A stretch of 64,000 nucleotides of DNA from Octopus sinensis (lineage: Eukaryota), in contig NC_043010.1 in NCBI RefSeq assembly GCF_006345805.1, positions 38,068,001 to 38,132,000 on the forward strand, given 5' to 3'. Position 1 is the first letter of the stretch; the number at the start of each line of letters is the position of its first letter. The position numbers were made by a program, and so were the translations under genes. Positions 49,536 through 62,598 of the stretch are shown here, piece after piece. The notes under the pieces are model-generated. The model was not told where the DNA came from. It ran no database searches and saw nothing but the letters and a program-made list of their open reading frames with translations.

Positions 49536-49668
49536 TACACAGAGAGAAAAAAACACAGAAAGAAGGAGAGAAAAAAAATGCGTGCAGTAGCTAACGAATC
49601 AACATGGCGATCTGATTTCGGCCAGAGGTCAAAGATCAAACATGAGACGCGAGAGCGAAATAAGGGGA

Positions 49669-49792
49669 GATAATAGGGTTGATAATAGGGTTGATAATAG
49701 GGTTGATAATAGGGTTGAAGGACCAGCTAATAGTGCGTAGGAGGGGTCTGGACGTGTGTATGTATAGGGTTGGTGTATGTATTAGTATGTAT

Positions 49793-49829
<37 letters not shown>

Positions 49830-50065
49830 AGAGAGTATTAGTGCGTAGGATTGGTGTGGACGTGCGTATGTATGGGGTTGGTGTATGTATTAGTATGTAT
49901 TAGTATGTATTAGTACGTATTAGTATGTATAAGTGTGTGTGTGTGTGTATGAGAGAGTATAAGTGCGTATGAGGGGTCTGGACGTGTGTATGTATAGGGT
50001 TGGTGTATGTATTAGTATGTATTAGTATGTATTAGTACGTATTAGTATGTATTAGTTGGTATATG
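49669..50065. repeat. (GATAATAGGGTT)x4 followed by three units of about 115-125 bp containing ATTAGTATGT subrepeats
   Basis: Read directly: 12-mers at 49669-49716, and larger units starting near 49731, 49840 and 49960. Confidence 0.9.
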
Positions 50066-50104
50066 TATTAGTATGGCACATCATATATGATGTGATGTGT
50101 AAAG

Positions 50105-50420
50105 TCGTGTGGTGTAGTGAGAAGAGGGGGAGGGGGAGAAGAGGGGGGAGAGAAGGGGAGGGGAAGAAGGGGGGAGAGGGGGGAAGAGGAGAGGAGGGGG
50201 AGAGAGAGGAGGGGGAGAAGGAAGGGGAGGAGGGGGATGAAGGAGGAAAGAGGGAGAGGGGGAGAGAGGGAGTGAGGGAGCAGAGGGAAGGGGAAGAGGG
50301 AAGGAGGGAGGGAGAAAGAGGGAAGAAGGGAAGGGGAGTAGGGGTGAAAGAATGAAGGACTGAAGAAGTAGGGGTCGGGGGGGAAAGGATAGGTGAGGAG
50401 GGGGGAGAGGGGCGTTAGAT
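50105..50420 (+). repeat. Polypurine (G/A) tract
   Basis: About 300 nt almost entirely G and A, with many GGG runs. Confidence 0.9.
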
Positions 50421-51432
50421 GAGGAGGGATATATATATATATATATATATATACGTATGTGTGTGTATGTATATATATATATATATATATATACGTATGC
50501 GTGTGTATGTATTTGTGTGTCTGTGTTTGTCTCCCTAACATCGCTTGACAACCGATGGTGGTGTTTTTACGTCCTCGTAACTTAGCGGTTCGTCAAAAGA
50601 GACTGATAGAATATGTACTAGGCTTACAAAGAATAAGTCCTGGGGTCGATTTGCTCGACTAAAGGCGGTGCTCCAGCATGGCCACAGTCAAATGACTGAA
50701 ACAAGTAAAAGAGTATATCAATAGCAGATGAAAATCATCCAGCGGTGATGGTGAGATTGCTAAATGTGCATTTCTGCCTTCGATGGCTTCGTCAGCAGCA
50801 TGTATCCACTGACAGCCGCATACTAAGACAAAATCAATGATCAATGATGTAAAAAAAAATAGTGATTGAAAAATCACTGCCGTTGCAATATCCGTTACGC
50901 GCAACAGAAGTACTATTAGATTAAAATGGCCATATGTATATCATACTTAATGCAAATACATCACGAAAATTTAAATTAACTATGGTATTCGTCTGGAGAT
51001 TGTATCGCTTATGGATGCATTGTATTTTTGCAACTATGCTTGTGGTTATGAGCAAAATGCCCTTCCCAAAGAACAACTGTGTGTATGTGTATATATATAT
51101 ATTATTTACATATATACACGTACATATATGTATGTATATATTTATATGTGCAAATATATATGTGTGTGTGTGTGTTTCAGAGAATAAGTCATAAATTTTT
51201 GTTTTCCTTCTTCCTTCTCCCTCTCTCTCTCTCTCTCTCTCTTTTTTTTTTTTTTTTTCAATGTATGGTTGCCTGATGTACAGTAGAAATAGTCTATCTA
51301 AATTGAAAAACATATATATTTCTGCAATGTTGTTGATAATCTCCTGAACAAGGTTTATAGCAGTGATAAATTTTTCTTTAAAATAATAATAAATAATAAT
51401 AATAATAATAATAATAAATAATAATAATAATA

Positions 51433-51483
<51 letters not shown>

Positions 51484-51797
51484 TAATAATAATAAATAGA
51501 TAAAACAAACAATATGGCGACGACCGGTACCTTCTTCTCGCCCCCACACCCCACCGCCACCGCAAACCACACTGCCATTGTCATTATGACCACCGTCATC
51601 GCCATCATGACCATCAATACTACTACCACCACAACTGCTATATCGAGTATTACACCACAATTACCACAAACCCTACTGCAACTACTACTACTACTACTAC
51701 TATAACTACCCCACCCCACCCCCACTACTACTATCACCACCGCCACCACCACCACCGCTATTATGTCTTGCACCACTTGCCCAGCAGCACACCACTA

Positions 51798-52375
51798 CCT
51801 ATTTCTTTATTACCCACAAGGGGCCAAACACAGAGGGGACAAACAAGGACAGACATAGGTATTAAGTCGATTACATCGACCCCAGTGCGTAACTGGTACT
51901 TAATTTATCGACCCCGAAAGGATGAAAGGCAAAGTCGACCTCGGCGGAATTTGAACTCACAACGTAACGCAGACGAAATACCTATTTCTTTATTACCCAC
52001 AAGGGGCTAAACACAGAGGGGACAAACAAGGACAGACATAGGTATTAAGTCGATTACATCGACCCCAGTGCGTAACTGGTACTTAATTTATCGACCCCGA
52101 AAGGATGAAAGGCAAAGTCGACCTCGGCGGAATTTGAACTCACAACGTAACGCAGACGAAATACCTATTTCTTTATTACCCACAAGGGGCTAAACACAGA
52201 GGGGACAAACAAGGACAGACATAGGTATTAAGTCGATTACATCGACCCCAGTGCGTAACTGGTACTTAATTTATCGACCCCGAAAGGATGAAAGGCAAAG
52301 TCGACCTCGGCGGAATTTGAACTCACAACGTAACGCAGACGAAATACCGCTAAGCATTTCGCCCGGCGTGCCACC
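51798..52375 (-). repeat. Family A SINE trimer, three essentially identical 183-bp units plus a truncated head
   Basis: Unit starts at 51798, 51981 and 52164, with the next boundary at 52347. I see only one substitution (GGGCC versus GGGCT). Confidence 0.95.
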
Positions 52376-52539
52376 TCCGTTAACTTTACCGCCATCTTCC
52401 TTGTTGCTACTAACACTAACTATATCTAGCACCACTAACACTACCGCTGCCACAATAACACCAGTAAAAACATCGCTACTATTCATGTCACCACCATCAC
52501 CATCTACCCTCGTTGACACCACCACTGCCACCAACCACA

Positions 52540-53400
52540 ACCCCCGTTGCCACCACCACCACAACTACTACCCCGTTGCCACCACCACTTCTATCCCAGT
52601 TGCCACCACCACTCCTACCCCATTTCCACCACCGCTGACACCACTCTTACCCCGTTTCCACCACCATTGCCACCACTCCTACCCCGTTGCCGCCACCATT
52701 GCCACCATTCCTACCCCGTTGCCACCAGCGCTGCCACCACTCTTACCCCGTTGCCACCACCATTGCCACCACTCCTACCCCGTTGCCGCCACCATTTCCA
52801 CCACTCCTACCCCGTTGCCACCAGCGCTGCCACCACTCCTACCCCGTTGCCACCACCACTGCCACCACTCCTACCCCGTTACCATCATCGCTGCCACCAC
52901 CATTCCTACCCCGTTGCCACCACCGCTGCCACCACTCTTACCCCGTTGCCACCACCACTGCCACCATTCCTACCCCGTTTCCACCACCGCTGCCACCACC
53001 ACTGCCACCATTCCTACCCCGTTGCCACCACCGTTGCCACCATTCCTATCCCGTTTTGCTACAACCACTGCCACCTCTCCTACCCCGTTGCCACCACCTT
53101 TTCCACCACCGCTGTCACAACTCCTACCTCGTTGCCACCACCACTGCTACCACTACTGCCGTTGCCACCACCACTTCCACCACTCTTACCCGGTTGCCAC
53201 ATCACTGCCACCACTCCTACCCCGTTGCCGCCACCGCTGCAACAACTCCTACCCCGTTTCCACTACCACTGTCACCACTCCTACCCCGTTTCCACCACCG
53301 CTACCACCACTCTTACCCCGTTTCCACATCACTGCCACCGCTCCTACCCCTTTGCCACCACCGCTGCTACGACTCTTACCCCCCCCCCGTTTCCCCCACC
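52540..53400. repeat. Degenerate C-rich minisatellite, unit about 30-36 bp (CCACCACTCCTACCCCGTTGCCACCACCGCTG-like)
   Basis: The CTCCTACCCCGTT core recurs more than 20 times. Stop-free reading in three frames is a consequence of the repeat. Confidence 0.9.
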
Positions 53401-53898
53401 ACTGCCACCACTACCACCACCAACAAGAACAACGCCGCTACCAGCACAGCTCCCATCGTCCCCATCACCTCCATCACTCCTATCTAACACCAACAGTACC
53501 GCCACCATCACCACCACATTTCGACTAACACCACGACGATATGTCTACCATCACTTACACCGACACCACCACCACATCCACCACCTCCACAATTTCCACC
53601 ATCTCCACCATCAACACCATCACGACATCTTTTACCATAAAGAACAATTATCAAAACTGAAATTCTGTTTATTCTATTAACGCGCTTACTAACATCCCAC
53701 AAAGTTGTTGATAGACACAATAAGATCCAGATGGTACTTCAACGTAATTGGAATGATAAAACGGAATGTTGATTCCTGAAGAAAGACAGAACTACCAAAT
53801 TCATTGTCTTGGATAAGAAATTGCAGTTGCTAAATCTCTTGTCTTATCCAAATCACTTCACTGGTACTTAACATCGGAAATATGCCGCACGCACGCAT

Positions 53899-53941
<43 letters not shown>

Positions 53942-54255
53942 CACGCATACACACATACGCACACAAAACACACACGCAAACGCAAACGCAAACATACACA
54001 AACACACACACACATACACACAAGCACATACACACATGCACACTCATAAACACACACACACAGACACACGCGCACATGCACACACAACCACACACATACA
54101 CACACACGCAAACGCAAACATACACAAACACACACACACATACACACACGCACATACACACATTCACACTCATACACACACACAGACACACACGCACATA
54201 CACACACAACCACACACACACACACAAACACACATACACACACAAACACACACAA

Positions 54256-54290
<35 letters not shown>

Positions 54291-54477
54291 CTCTAACTTT
54301 CTCTCTTTCGTACATGTTGTGCTGAATCAAAAGTTTTGCAGTATTTTGGGAATTTATTTGCTGCATTCGGCAAGCTAAACAAAAAAAAAACCCAAAACAG
54401 CCTAGCATTCAAAGTAGAGGTCATCGTGTTGCGCTGTCTAAAGCCACCTTTCTGTCAGTTCTTTGATCCCCCGCTAA

Positions 54478-54888
54478 TACCTATTTCTTTACTACTCACA
54501 AGGGGCTAAACAGAGAGAAGGAACAAGGACAGACACACGGATTAAGCCGATTATATCGACCCCAGTGCGTAACTGGTACTTATTTAATTGACCCCGAAAG
54601 GATGAAGGGCAAAGTCGACCTCGGCAGAATTTGAGCTCAGAATGTAGCGGCAGACAAAATACCTATTTCTTTATTACCCACAAGGGGCTAAACATAGAGG
54701 GGACAAACAAGGACAGACAAAGGTATTAAGTCGATTACATCGACCCCAGTGCGTAACTGGTACTTATTTAATTGACTCCGAAAGAATGAAGGGCAAAGTC
54801 GACCTCGGCAGAATTTGAACTCAGAACGTAGCGGCAGACAAAATACCGCTAAGCATTTCACCCGGCGTGCTAACGATTCTACCAGCTC
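54478..54888 (-). repeat. Family A SINE dimer
   Basis: Two bodies joined at GACAAAATA|CCTATTTC, followed by the head. Confidence 0.9.
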
Positions 54889-54894
54889 TAATTC

Positions 54895-55290
54895 TTGTTC
54901 ATTCGAAATGAAGAACTCCTTCACTGAAGGATGAAACGTCGCGAGGGCAGGAAGAGAGCCATGGATCGTAACAAATAATAACCGGAAGAAACTATGTCCG
55001 GAATACATGCTGGGTGTGGCACCGGTTCGATTCTCTCAAGTTCTTGGTGTTTATACTGGGTCGTTCGAAAGGTGTGTGGTTTTCAAGCGTTGTCTTCCTG
55101 CAGAAAAGCTTGCTTTCTGCTAACCAATGGCGAGTAGTTTTGTCGCACAACGACGTACATCCGCTCCAACTTGTTCGAAGTAGAGGCTGGCATCGATGGT
55201 TCGACCGTCCGGAACGAACTCGTACTGGATTAACACCTCATAATTCCACCAGACGCAGAGCATCACACTGTGGTTGAAAGGTCCATGTTT
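54895..55290 (-). pseudogene. Mariner transposase catalytic-domain fragment
   Basis: Reads VMLCVWWNYEVLIQYEFVPDGRTIDASLY.EQ/LERM...QEDNA*KPHT...VPHPACIPDIVSSGYYLLRSMALFL..RRF/SVKEFF, with a stop and frameshifts. Confidence 0.85.
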
Positions 55291-55384
55291 GAGTACAGGT
55301 TCCGGAAGCCGGCTCTTGCTTAACCACTAACTTATACACGTTAAGAAGGCAGCAAAAATATCTCCCTCGGATTAATACTAGTCC

Positions 55385-55564
55385 CGATCTATGAGTCACT
55401 TCCAGCGTTCGCAACGCTTCATCACCCAAGAGGAGATGGAAACTTCGTTGGAGAAGTTCTTCGCCTCGAAGGACAAGAACTGTTATCAGCGTGGGATAAA
55501 AAAAAAACTGGCAGAAACGTTGCCTCAGACGGTGCAACATGATGGCTTCTACTTTGAATGCTAG
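55385..55564 (+). pseudogene. Mariner transposase C-terminal fragment, opposite orientation to 54895-55290
   Basis: Reads RSMSHFQRSQRFITQEEMETSLEKFFASKDKNCYQRGIKK/LAETLPQTVQHDGFYFEC-stop. Confidence 0.8.
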
Positions 55565-56399
55565 GTTGTTGTTCGTTTTTTTTTCTGTAACTTGACAAAT
55601 AAAGCAAATAAGTTAATAAAATATTGCAAGCAAAGTTGCAAAGAAAGTATATTGTTAACTGTACTCAAAACGACGTACACTCTACATGCTTACTGAATCC
55701 TTATACCAAACAGATCGGAAGCGGTCTACTTCTGTAAGTATGTAGGAAATAAAGGAAAAATTATATATAAAAAAATATAAATAAATCATTATTATTTCAA
55801 TTTTTTTGCAACGGCCTTTTAGTTTCTGCATGTGTATGCAAGCTTGATTATGTATGCGTACTTGAAAACGTACGTATGCATAAATGTGTTTCTATTTATG
55901 TTACGTGTGCATATTCTCAGTTGTGTGTACATAAATCTGGAAGTGAAACTTCCAGATTTACCATTTAAAATACGTACTGAACATCGATCGTATTATTTAA
56001 TAATACATTAACACCATTATTGCTATTATTATCTATATCATGACGAGGATAGCGAGTTAGTGAAACCGGTAGAGCATCGAAAAATATGCTTAGAGATATC
56101 TGTTCCAACTTTACGTTCAGAGTTCAAATCCTGCTGAGGTCAACATTGCTTTTCATCCTACCGGGGTCGATATAATAAAGCACCAGTCAAGTACTGAAGT
56201 TGATGTAATTGATTAATGCCCTCCGTTCAAAATTGCTAGCCTTGGTGCCCCAGCATGACCGCTGCTTTAAAGCTGAAATAATTTAAAGAAATTTAAAAAT
56301 CATCATCATCATCAACACCTACTCGTAAATTTATTTCGTATCATACAGTGAGGTGGTGTTTCTATTTATCATTTTACATACGAGTTTACACATATACTG

Positions 56400-56773
56400 G
56401 GAGGCGCAATGGCCCAGTGGTTAGGGCAGCGGACTCGCGGTCGTAGGATCGCGGTTTCGATTCCCAGACCGGGCGTTGTGAGTGTTTATTGAGCGAAAAC
56501 ACCTAAGACATCCACGACGCTCCGGCAGGGATGGTGGTGATCCCTGCTGTACTCTTCCACCACAACCTTCTCTCACTCTTACTTCCTGTTTCTGTTGTAC
56601 CTGTATTTCAAAGGGCCGGCCTTGTCACTCTCTGTGTCACGCTGAATATCCCCGAGAACTGCGTTAAAGGTACATGTGTCTGCGTTAAAGGTACACGTTA
56701 ATTTCACGAGCAGGCTGTTCCGTTGATTCGGATCAACCAGAACCCTCATCGTCGTAACCGACGGAGTGCTTCC
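56400..56773 (+). mobile_element. tRNA-derived SINE, family C
   Basis: Highly similar to 32225-32603, with an internal deletion and short duplication near 56670-56700. Confidence 0.9.
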
Positions 56774-56937
56774 AACAAAAAACACATACACTATAAAAAT
56801 CTATTAATTATATAATTGGATCCGTTGACAGAAATGACGAGAAGTTAATAGACTTTGAAGCTAGTCATATGCATCTCTTTTTCCCCATTATATAGAAAAA
56901 ACCAAATATATGTATACAAGTAGGTACATCTCTTTGC

Positions 56938-56978
<41 letters not shown>

Positions 56979-57034
56979 CACACACATATATACGTATGTG
57001 TGTGTGTGTGTGTGTGTATATACATCTATACTCT

Positions 57035-57372
57035 TTTACCCTTTTACTTGTTTCAGTCATTTGACTGCAGCCATGCTGGAGCGCAGCCTTTAGTCGACTC
57101 CAGGACTTATTCTTTGTAAGCCTAGTACTTATTCTATCGGTTTCTTTTGCCGAACCGCTAAGTTACAGGAACGTAAACACACCAGCATCGGTTGTCATGC
57201 GAAGTTGGGGGGAGGGACAAACACAGACACAAACATATACGCACACATACATATATACATATATACGACGGGCTTCCTTCGGTTTCCGTCTATCAAATCC
57301 ACTCACAAGACTGAACCCGGAACCATGTGGTTGGTAAGCAAACTACTTGCCACACAGCCACTCCTGCGCCTA
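57035..57372 (-). mobile_element. SINE family B with internal deletion
   Basis: Collinear with 35252-35653 but lacks the GGCATTGGTCGG...CACGCAGTGG segment. Confidence 0.85.
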
Positions 57373-57810
57373 TGTATGTATATATGTATGTATATCTATA
57401 TATATAGACATATACATGTATGTGCGCGTGCGCGTGGGTAATTGTGTCTAAGTTTGAAAACCTAGAAACAATTACACGCTTAGATACGCTTGTTAAACAC
57501 ATTCAGCTTCGTTCTGTACATAGCTACCCACCTCCGCATAGTTGATCTATAAAACCACTTTTACAGGGTGAACTCGAGGACAGCTCGACTAGTTTCTAGT
57601 GTTTTGTTCACACACACATATTTATGCATGTATATATCCTCGTAAGTATGTATATGTGTGTATATCCTCAGTCTAACTGTTTAGCCATTATTTGATATTC
57701 TATTTACCTTTCTATTTATCTATCCGTTTGTCTATCTGTATGTCTGTCTATCTATTTATCTATTTATCTATCTATCTTTCTATCTATTTTTCTATCTATC
57801 TGTTTGTCTG

Positions 57811-57863
<53 letters not shown>

Positions 57864-57867
57864 TCAA

Positions 57868-57903
<36 letters not shown>

Positions 57904-57929
57904 ATATCTATCTATCTGTCTGGCTGTAG

Positions 57930-57970
<41 letters not shown>

Positions 57971-58788
57971 TTATCTATCCATCTATGTATTTGCCTCTCT
58001 GTCTGCCCGTCTCTCTCCTTTCTCTTTCACACTCACCTCTTTGCCTCTTTCTCTCTCCCTCTCCCCCTTCTCCCCCCTCTCTCTCTCCCCATCTCTCTAT
58101 CTCTCACTTTGCCTGCCTATCCGTCCGTATCTTTCTTTCATTCCATTCCTATTTCTCGCCGTCTCTCCTCTTCCATACAACATTTTTTCTCTCCCTCTTC
58201 TCCCAACCTCACCCTACTCCTTCCTCTCCCTCTAAACACTGACAAACTGCCGCCGTTTCACTTAATCATACTTTACCGCATTGTTTTCCCATAACATATA
58301 TATTTATAAAGAAATTAATTTTTGCCAATAACTAAATATATCCCCTGAAGCGACATCAATTCCACATTCCAGCATACATGTTGCTGTGGTTGTTGTTATG
58401 TTGCTGTGGTCGTTGTGTTCTTGTTGTTGTTGTTATTGCTATAAGCTGTTGGGATTCCTATAGTTGTTGCTATACTTTTGTTGTTAGTTGTGTTTTTTTT
58501 AATATAAATAATACTCTGATTGTTGTTATTGTATTTACTTATTTATTATGTAATGTAGATGCTGTAGTTGTGTTATGCTGTAACGTTGTTGTGTTGTCTT
58601 ACCTTTTGCTAGTTGTGGTTATTATATAACTCTCAACTTGTTTTCGCTATGTTGTTGCAATTGTTGCTATATTCCTGTTGTCTGAATTATAAAATTGCAG
58701 TTGTTATCTTGATTTAGTTGTTATGCTGTTGTAGCTAGTGATACTGTTGCAGATATCGCCTTGTAGTCGTAGTAATAGCAGCAGCAGC

Positions 58789-58847
<59 letters not shown>

Positions 58848-59638
58848 CAGCAGCAGCGGTGGCAGCAGCAATTGTTGTTGCTGTTGTTCTTAAGTTGTAG
58901 CCGTCCCGTTGTTGCGCTTGTTATATTGATTTAGTTGTGATGGCTGCATGTTGCTGTAGCGAGTCATAACACTTGCGGCTGTCGTGTTGTTGTTGTTGTT
59001 GTTGTTATTGTTGTAAGTAGCAGCAGTAGCAGTAGTAGTGATAGTAGTAGTAGCAGTAGTAGTAGTAGTTGTTGTTTTTGTTGCCGTTGCTGTTGTGCTA
59101 TGGTTGTTGTTAAGTTGTACTTGTTATGTCGATTTAGTTGTTGCTGCGTTGTTCTAGTGGCTGTTTGATGATGTATTTGTTTATTGCAGTTGATATTGTT
59201 CTGTTGTGATAGTTGTTAAGTAGCTGTGTTTTGTTGTTATGTTTCTGTGGTCATTTATTGATATTACTGTTCCATGACGGCGAGTTGGAAGAATTCCTTA
59301 CCGCGCAGGACAAAATGCTCAGCGACATTTGCCCCGTCTCTTTTATATTCTAAGTTCAAATTCCGCTTGTTAAACACATTCAGTTTCGTTGTGTACATAG
59401 ACATCCAACTCCGCATAGTTGCTCTATAAAACCACCTTTACAGGGTGAACTCGAGGACGGCTCGACTAGTTTCCAGTGCTATACTCACACACACACATAG
59501 ACACATATTTATGCATGTATATATCATTTCATCCTTTCGGGATCGATAGAATAAGTACCAATGAAAAACTAGGGTCAATGTAATCGACTAGTCCCCTTCC
59601 CCTTAAAATTAATAGATTCGTGCCAATAGCAGAAAGGA

Positions 59639-59710
<72 letters not shown>

Positions 59711-60441
59711 GTTTGACTTTTGCTTTATATTTGTACAAGTTGGCTCCAAGTCTCACCCAGAGACCTCAAGAGAGAACAGGCTGGAAGTTCGTATTGTTGT
59801 TATGCCTAGTGTGCCATATATTTGGTTTAGTATTTAGAGTTGTACTACTGAATGCCTAAAAAAACGAAAATTATGTTTTTTTATCATTATTATTATTATT
59901 ATTGAGTAAGAGAGCAGTGCATGCCATCAAAGTGACACTGGGGTAAAATATACGAAGCCCAATATACCCATCATGACTACCCGTCTGATAAAGGTACACC
60001 AGGCACATGCATCACAACCATATGTGCGCGACATGGTGATCTCATATCAAGATAAACAGCACATGACCTTGCAGGTGGGGCTATTATTATTATTATTATT
60101 ATTTTTATTATAGGCGCAGGAGTGGCTGTGTAAACACACAAACATGTATATATCTTCTTCAAATCTAATATTGCATCTGACTAGCTTCATCATCATCATC
60201 ATTAACATGTGATACGCATATCTTGTGCTGAAGTTCCAACTTCACTACCAGAACAACCACTATCTTCTCGATATTGTTCCATAACATGATTTTCTATATT
60301 CTAAAAGAGCAACAAAAAGAATATCATGTCACTTCAAAGCATTTCCAGTCAAAATTAATCCTATGGAATGTAAACTGCTATCAGCTGTGAAAGCCTGCAT
60401 TTTGGTAATTCAACAGTCATTACTTACTCTTTGTGTATGAA

Positions 60442-60956
60442 ACTAGCAGTATCGCCCGGCGTTGCTCGGGTTTGTAAGGGAAATAACTATATAAGCATTT
60501 TTAGAGAGTTACTTCCCTTATAGATGCCAATTCGGGCTTTCTTAGCCATTTCTGTTTTGGTGTCTTCAAGCCATGAAGTCGTTGTTCTAAAAGAACGTTG
60601 GTCTCCTTGACAACGCTTTACGACGTTGATTTCCTTACACTCCCTTCCCCACAGCTTCACGAGGGAGGGAAGAAGGGGGAGAAGCAAACAGGCGCAGGTG
60701 TGAGCGTGGACGCCAACTCCGCCGCCATCGACACACGAAAAATTATGCATTAAAATGGAATAAAAAATGATGTTAAATTATTTTTAAAATCGTAGACTCA
60801 TCGTAGACGCGTGCTAATACTCAGACGGGCTCGATATGAATCACGACTATAAGATACCCAAATTTGGTTAAACTGCACCGCAAAATGTGGGAGTAGTTAG
60901 GAATCTAAATCGAAGGGGACAGACACTCACACAACTACAGTTTTATATATATAGAT
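60442..60956 (+). mobile_element. Non-autonomous Helitron/Helentron-like element
   Basis: Starts ACTAGCAGTATCGCCCGGCGTTGCTCGGG (5' hairpin) and ends GACAGACACTCAC...TTTTATATATATAGAT. It shares both ends with 62598-62993. Confidence 0.7.
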
Positions 60957-61783
60957 AAGCTACAAGTGGAAATTCTAAGAGAAAATTGATATCCAGTGTT
61001 AATCTCTTCAGCGAAATGATTCTGGCTTTTTCTGCCTGTAGAATAGAACTGTTTCAATGCAAGTTTTGAAAAATAGTCTTTTGATTCTGTCACAGACGTC
61101 ACAATTACAAATAAATTAACAATTTGCTTGCTGTTACGCATGATAATTATCATTTTAGCTTAAAAGCATTTCGGCTGTCAGCAAAATCACGATGTCACAA
61201 TGCCACAGCGAAGATAACTAAAAATAACTTTTTAAAGTTATCTCTAAGATTTTCAATAGAAATTTGAGCCAGTATTGAAAATTTTTAAATCTATTTTACC
61301 AGTTTTTCTTTCTTCGATCGTATTGTTTACATAGACGTGTTCGAACAAAGAACGTTGTAACTTTCAGTGCTGGCTCTAATTTCTAGAGAAAATCTGAAGA
61401 GATAGCTTTAAAAATTGAGTGAATCGCACTGCTAACACAGGTAGGATGCAACATTTGGCTTACAAGCCTTTAATATAATTGGTATTATGTTATGGTTGCA
61501 TAAAGAAAAACTATGTTCCTATCAGCAATCAATATATATGTGTCTATATATATATATTATGTGTGTGTGTGTGTGTGCATTTATGTATGTGTACATATGT
61601 ATATATAGATAGATAGATATGTGTGTATATATATATACATGTGTGTGTGTATATGTATATATGTATATATATGTATATGTATATATATGCATATATGTAT
61701 GTGTATATATATATATATATATATATGCGTGTGTGTATATATGTATGAATATATATATATGTATGTATGCATGTATATGTATG

Positions 61784-61900
61784 TACGGTAGTGCGTCGGT
61801 ACACAAGTTAATTTGTTCCCAGTGACCACTCGTAAACAGAAATTAAAATTCGTAAAAACTCGTAAACCCGGTGTCTCGTAAAGCGGTTCCTCGTAAAGTA
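61784..61900. mobile_element. pogo/Tigger-like MITE fragment
   Basis: TA-CGGTAGTGCGTCGGTACACAAGTTAATTTGTTCC terminus, followed by five TCGTAAA subterminal motifs. Confidence 0.4.
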
Positions 61901-62563
61901 TATGTATGTGTATATGTGTGTCATGTGAGTGTATGTGGGTAAAAACACACAGACGCACACACACGCATACACACACATACACACACACAGATACACACAT
62001 GTATATTCACACCGAAAAAAGCATCTACTTTAATGTAAGAACATGCTATTGCATATACAACTACCTAATCTCATATTGTCAAATAAAGTTCTTTCTGCAG
62101 CACTTTGATGCCTATGGGCAATTGTTAGTTACACTACAGTTACAGATTGATTTTGTTGACAGTTTCTTGAGTTTGCACATCCAGCAAAGGGAAAGTATGT
62201 GCTCAAAGTTAAAGAAGGCTGAGAAAGATAGTTTAGTAAAATCTTTAAAGTAAGCTAGGCTATTTGTGTTGCAACCGCTATGTTAAACGGGGTATTGTAC
62301 CCTATAAAATATCACTTCTTTTTTCAGTATCTGTTCCATTATTCATTTGACTGTGGCCGTGATGGAGCAGCGCCTTTAGTCGAGCAAATCGACCCCAAGA
62401 CTTATTCTTTGTAAGCCTAGTACTTATTCTATCGGTCTCATTTGCCAAACGGCTAAGTTACGGGGACGTAAACAAGCCAGTTTTGGTTGTCAAGCGATGT
62501 TGAGAAGGCAAACACAGACACACAAACATGTATACACACAAATACATACATGTATGTACACGT

Positions 62564-62597
<34 letters not shown>

Positions 62598-62598
<1 letters not shown>

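Larger units (their letters stand above)
49187..50712 (+). mobile_element. Family B SINE split by an insertion of about 1.1 kb in its internal microsatellite
   Basis: The head half (49187-49352) and tail half (about 50505-50712) flank a hammerhead-bearing repeat, minisatellites and a purine tract. Confidence 0.8.

Noticed and set aside
49669-49716. Interstitial telomere
   Set aside because: The unit is a 12-mer containing ATAGGGTT, not tandem TTAGGG.
51798-52346. Regular repeats as a CRISPR array, also at 22545-23310
   Set aside because: The units are contiguous 183-bp SINE bodies with no unique spacers, in eukaryotic DNA.
52251-53680. Three long Pro/His/Thr-rich ORFs (425, 377 and 266 aa)
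   Set aside because: They overlap in all three frames over a minisatellite, and the longest starts inside a SINE. There is no sign of a real gene.
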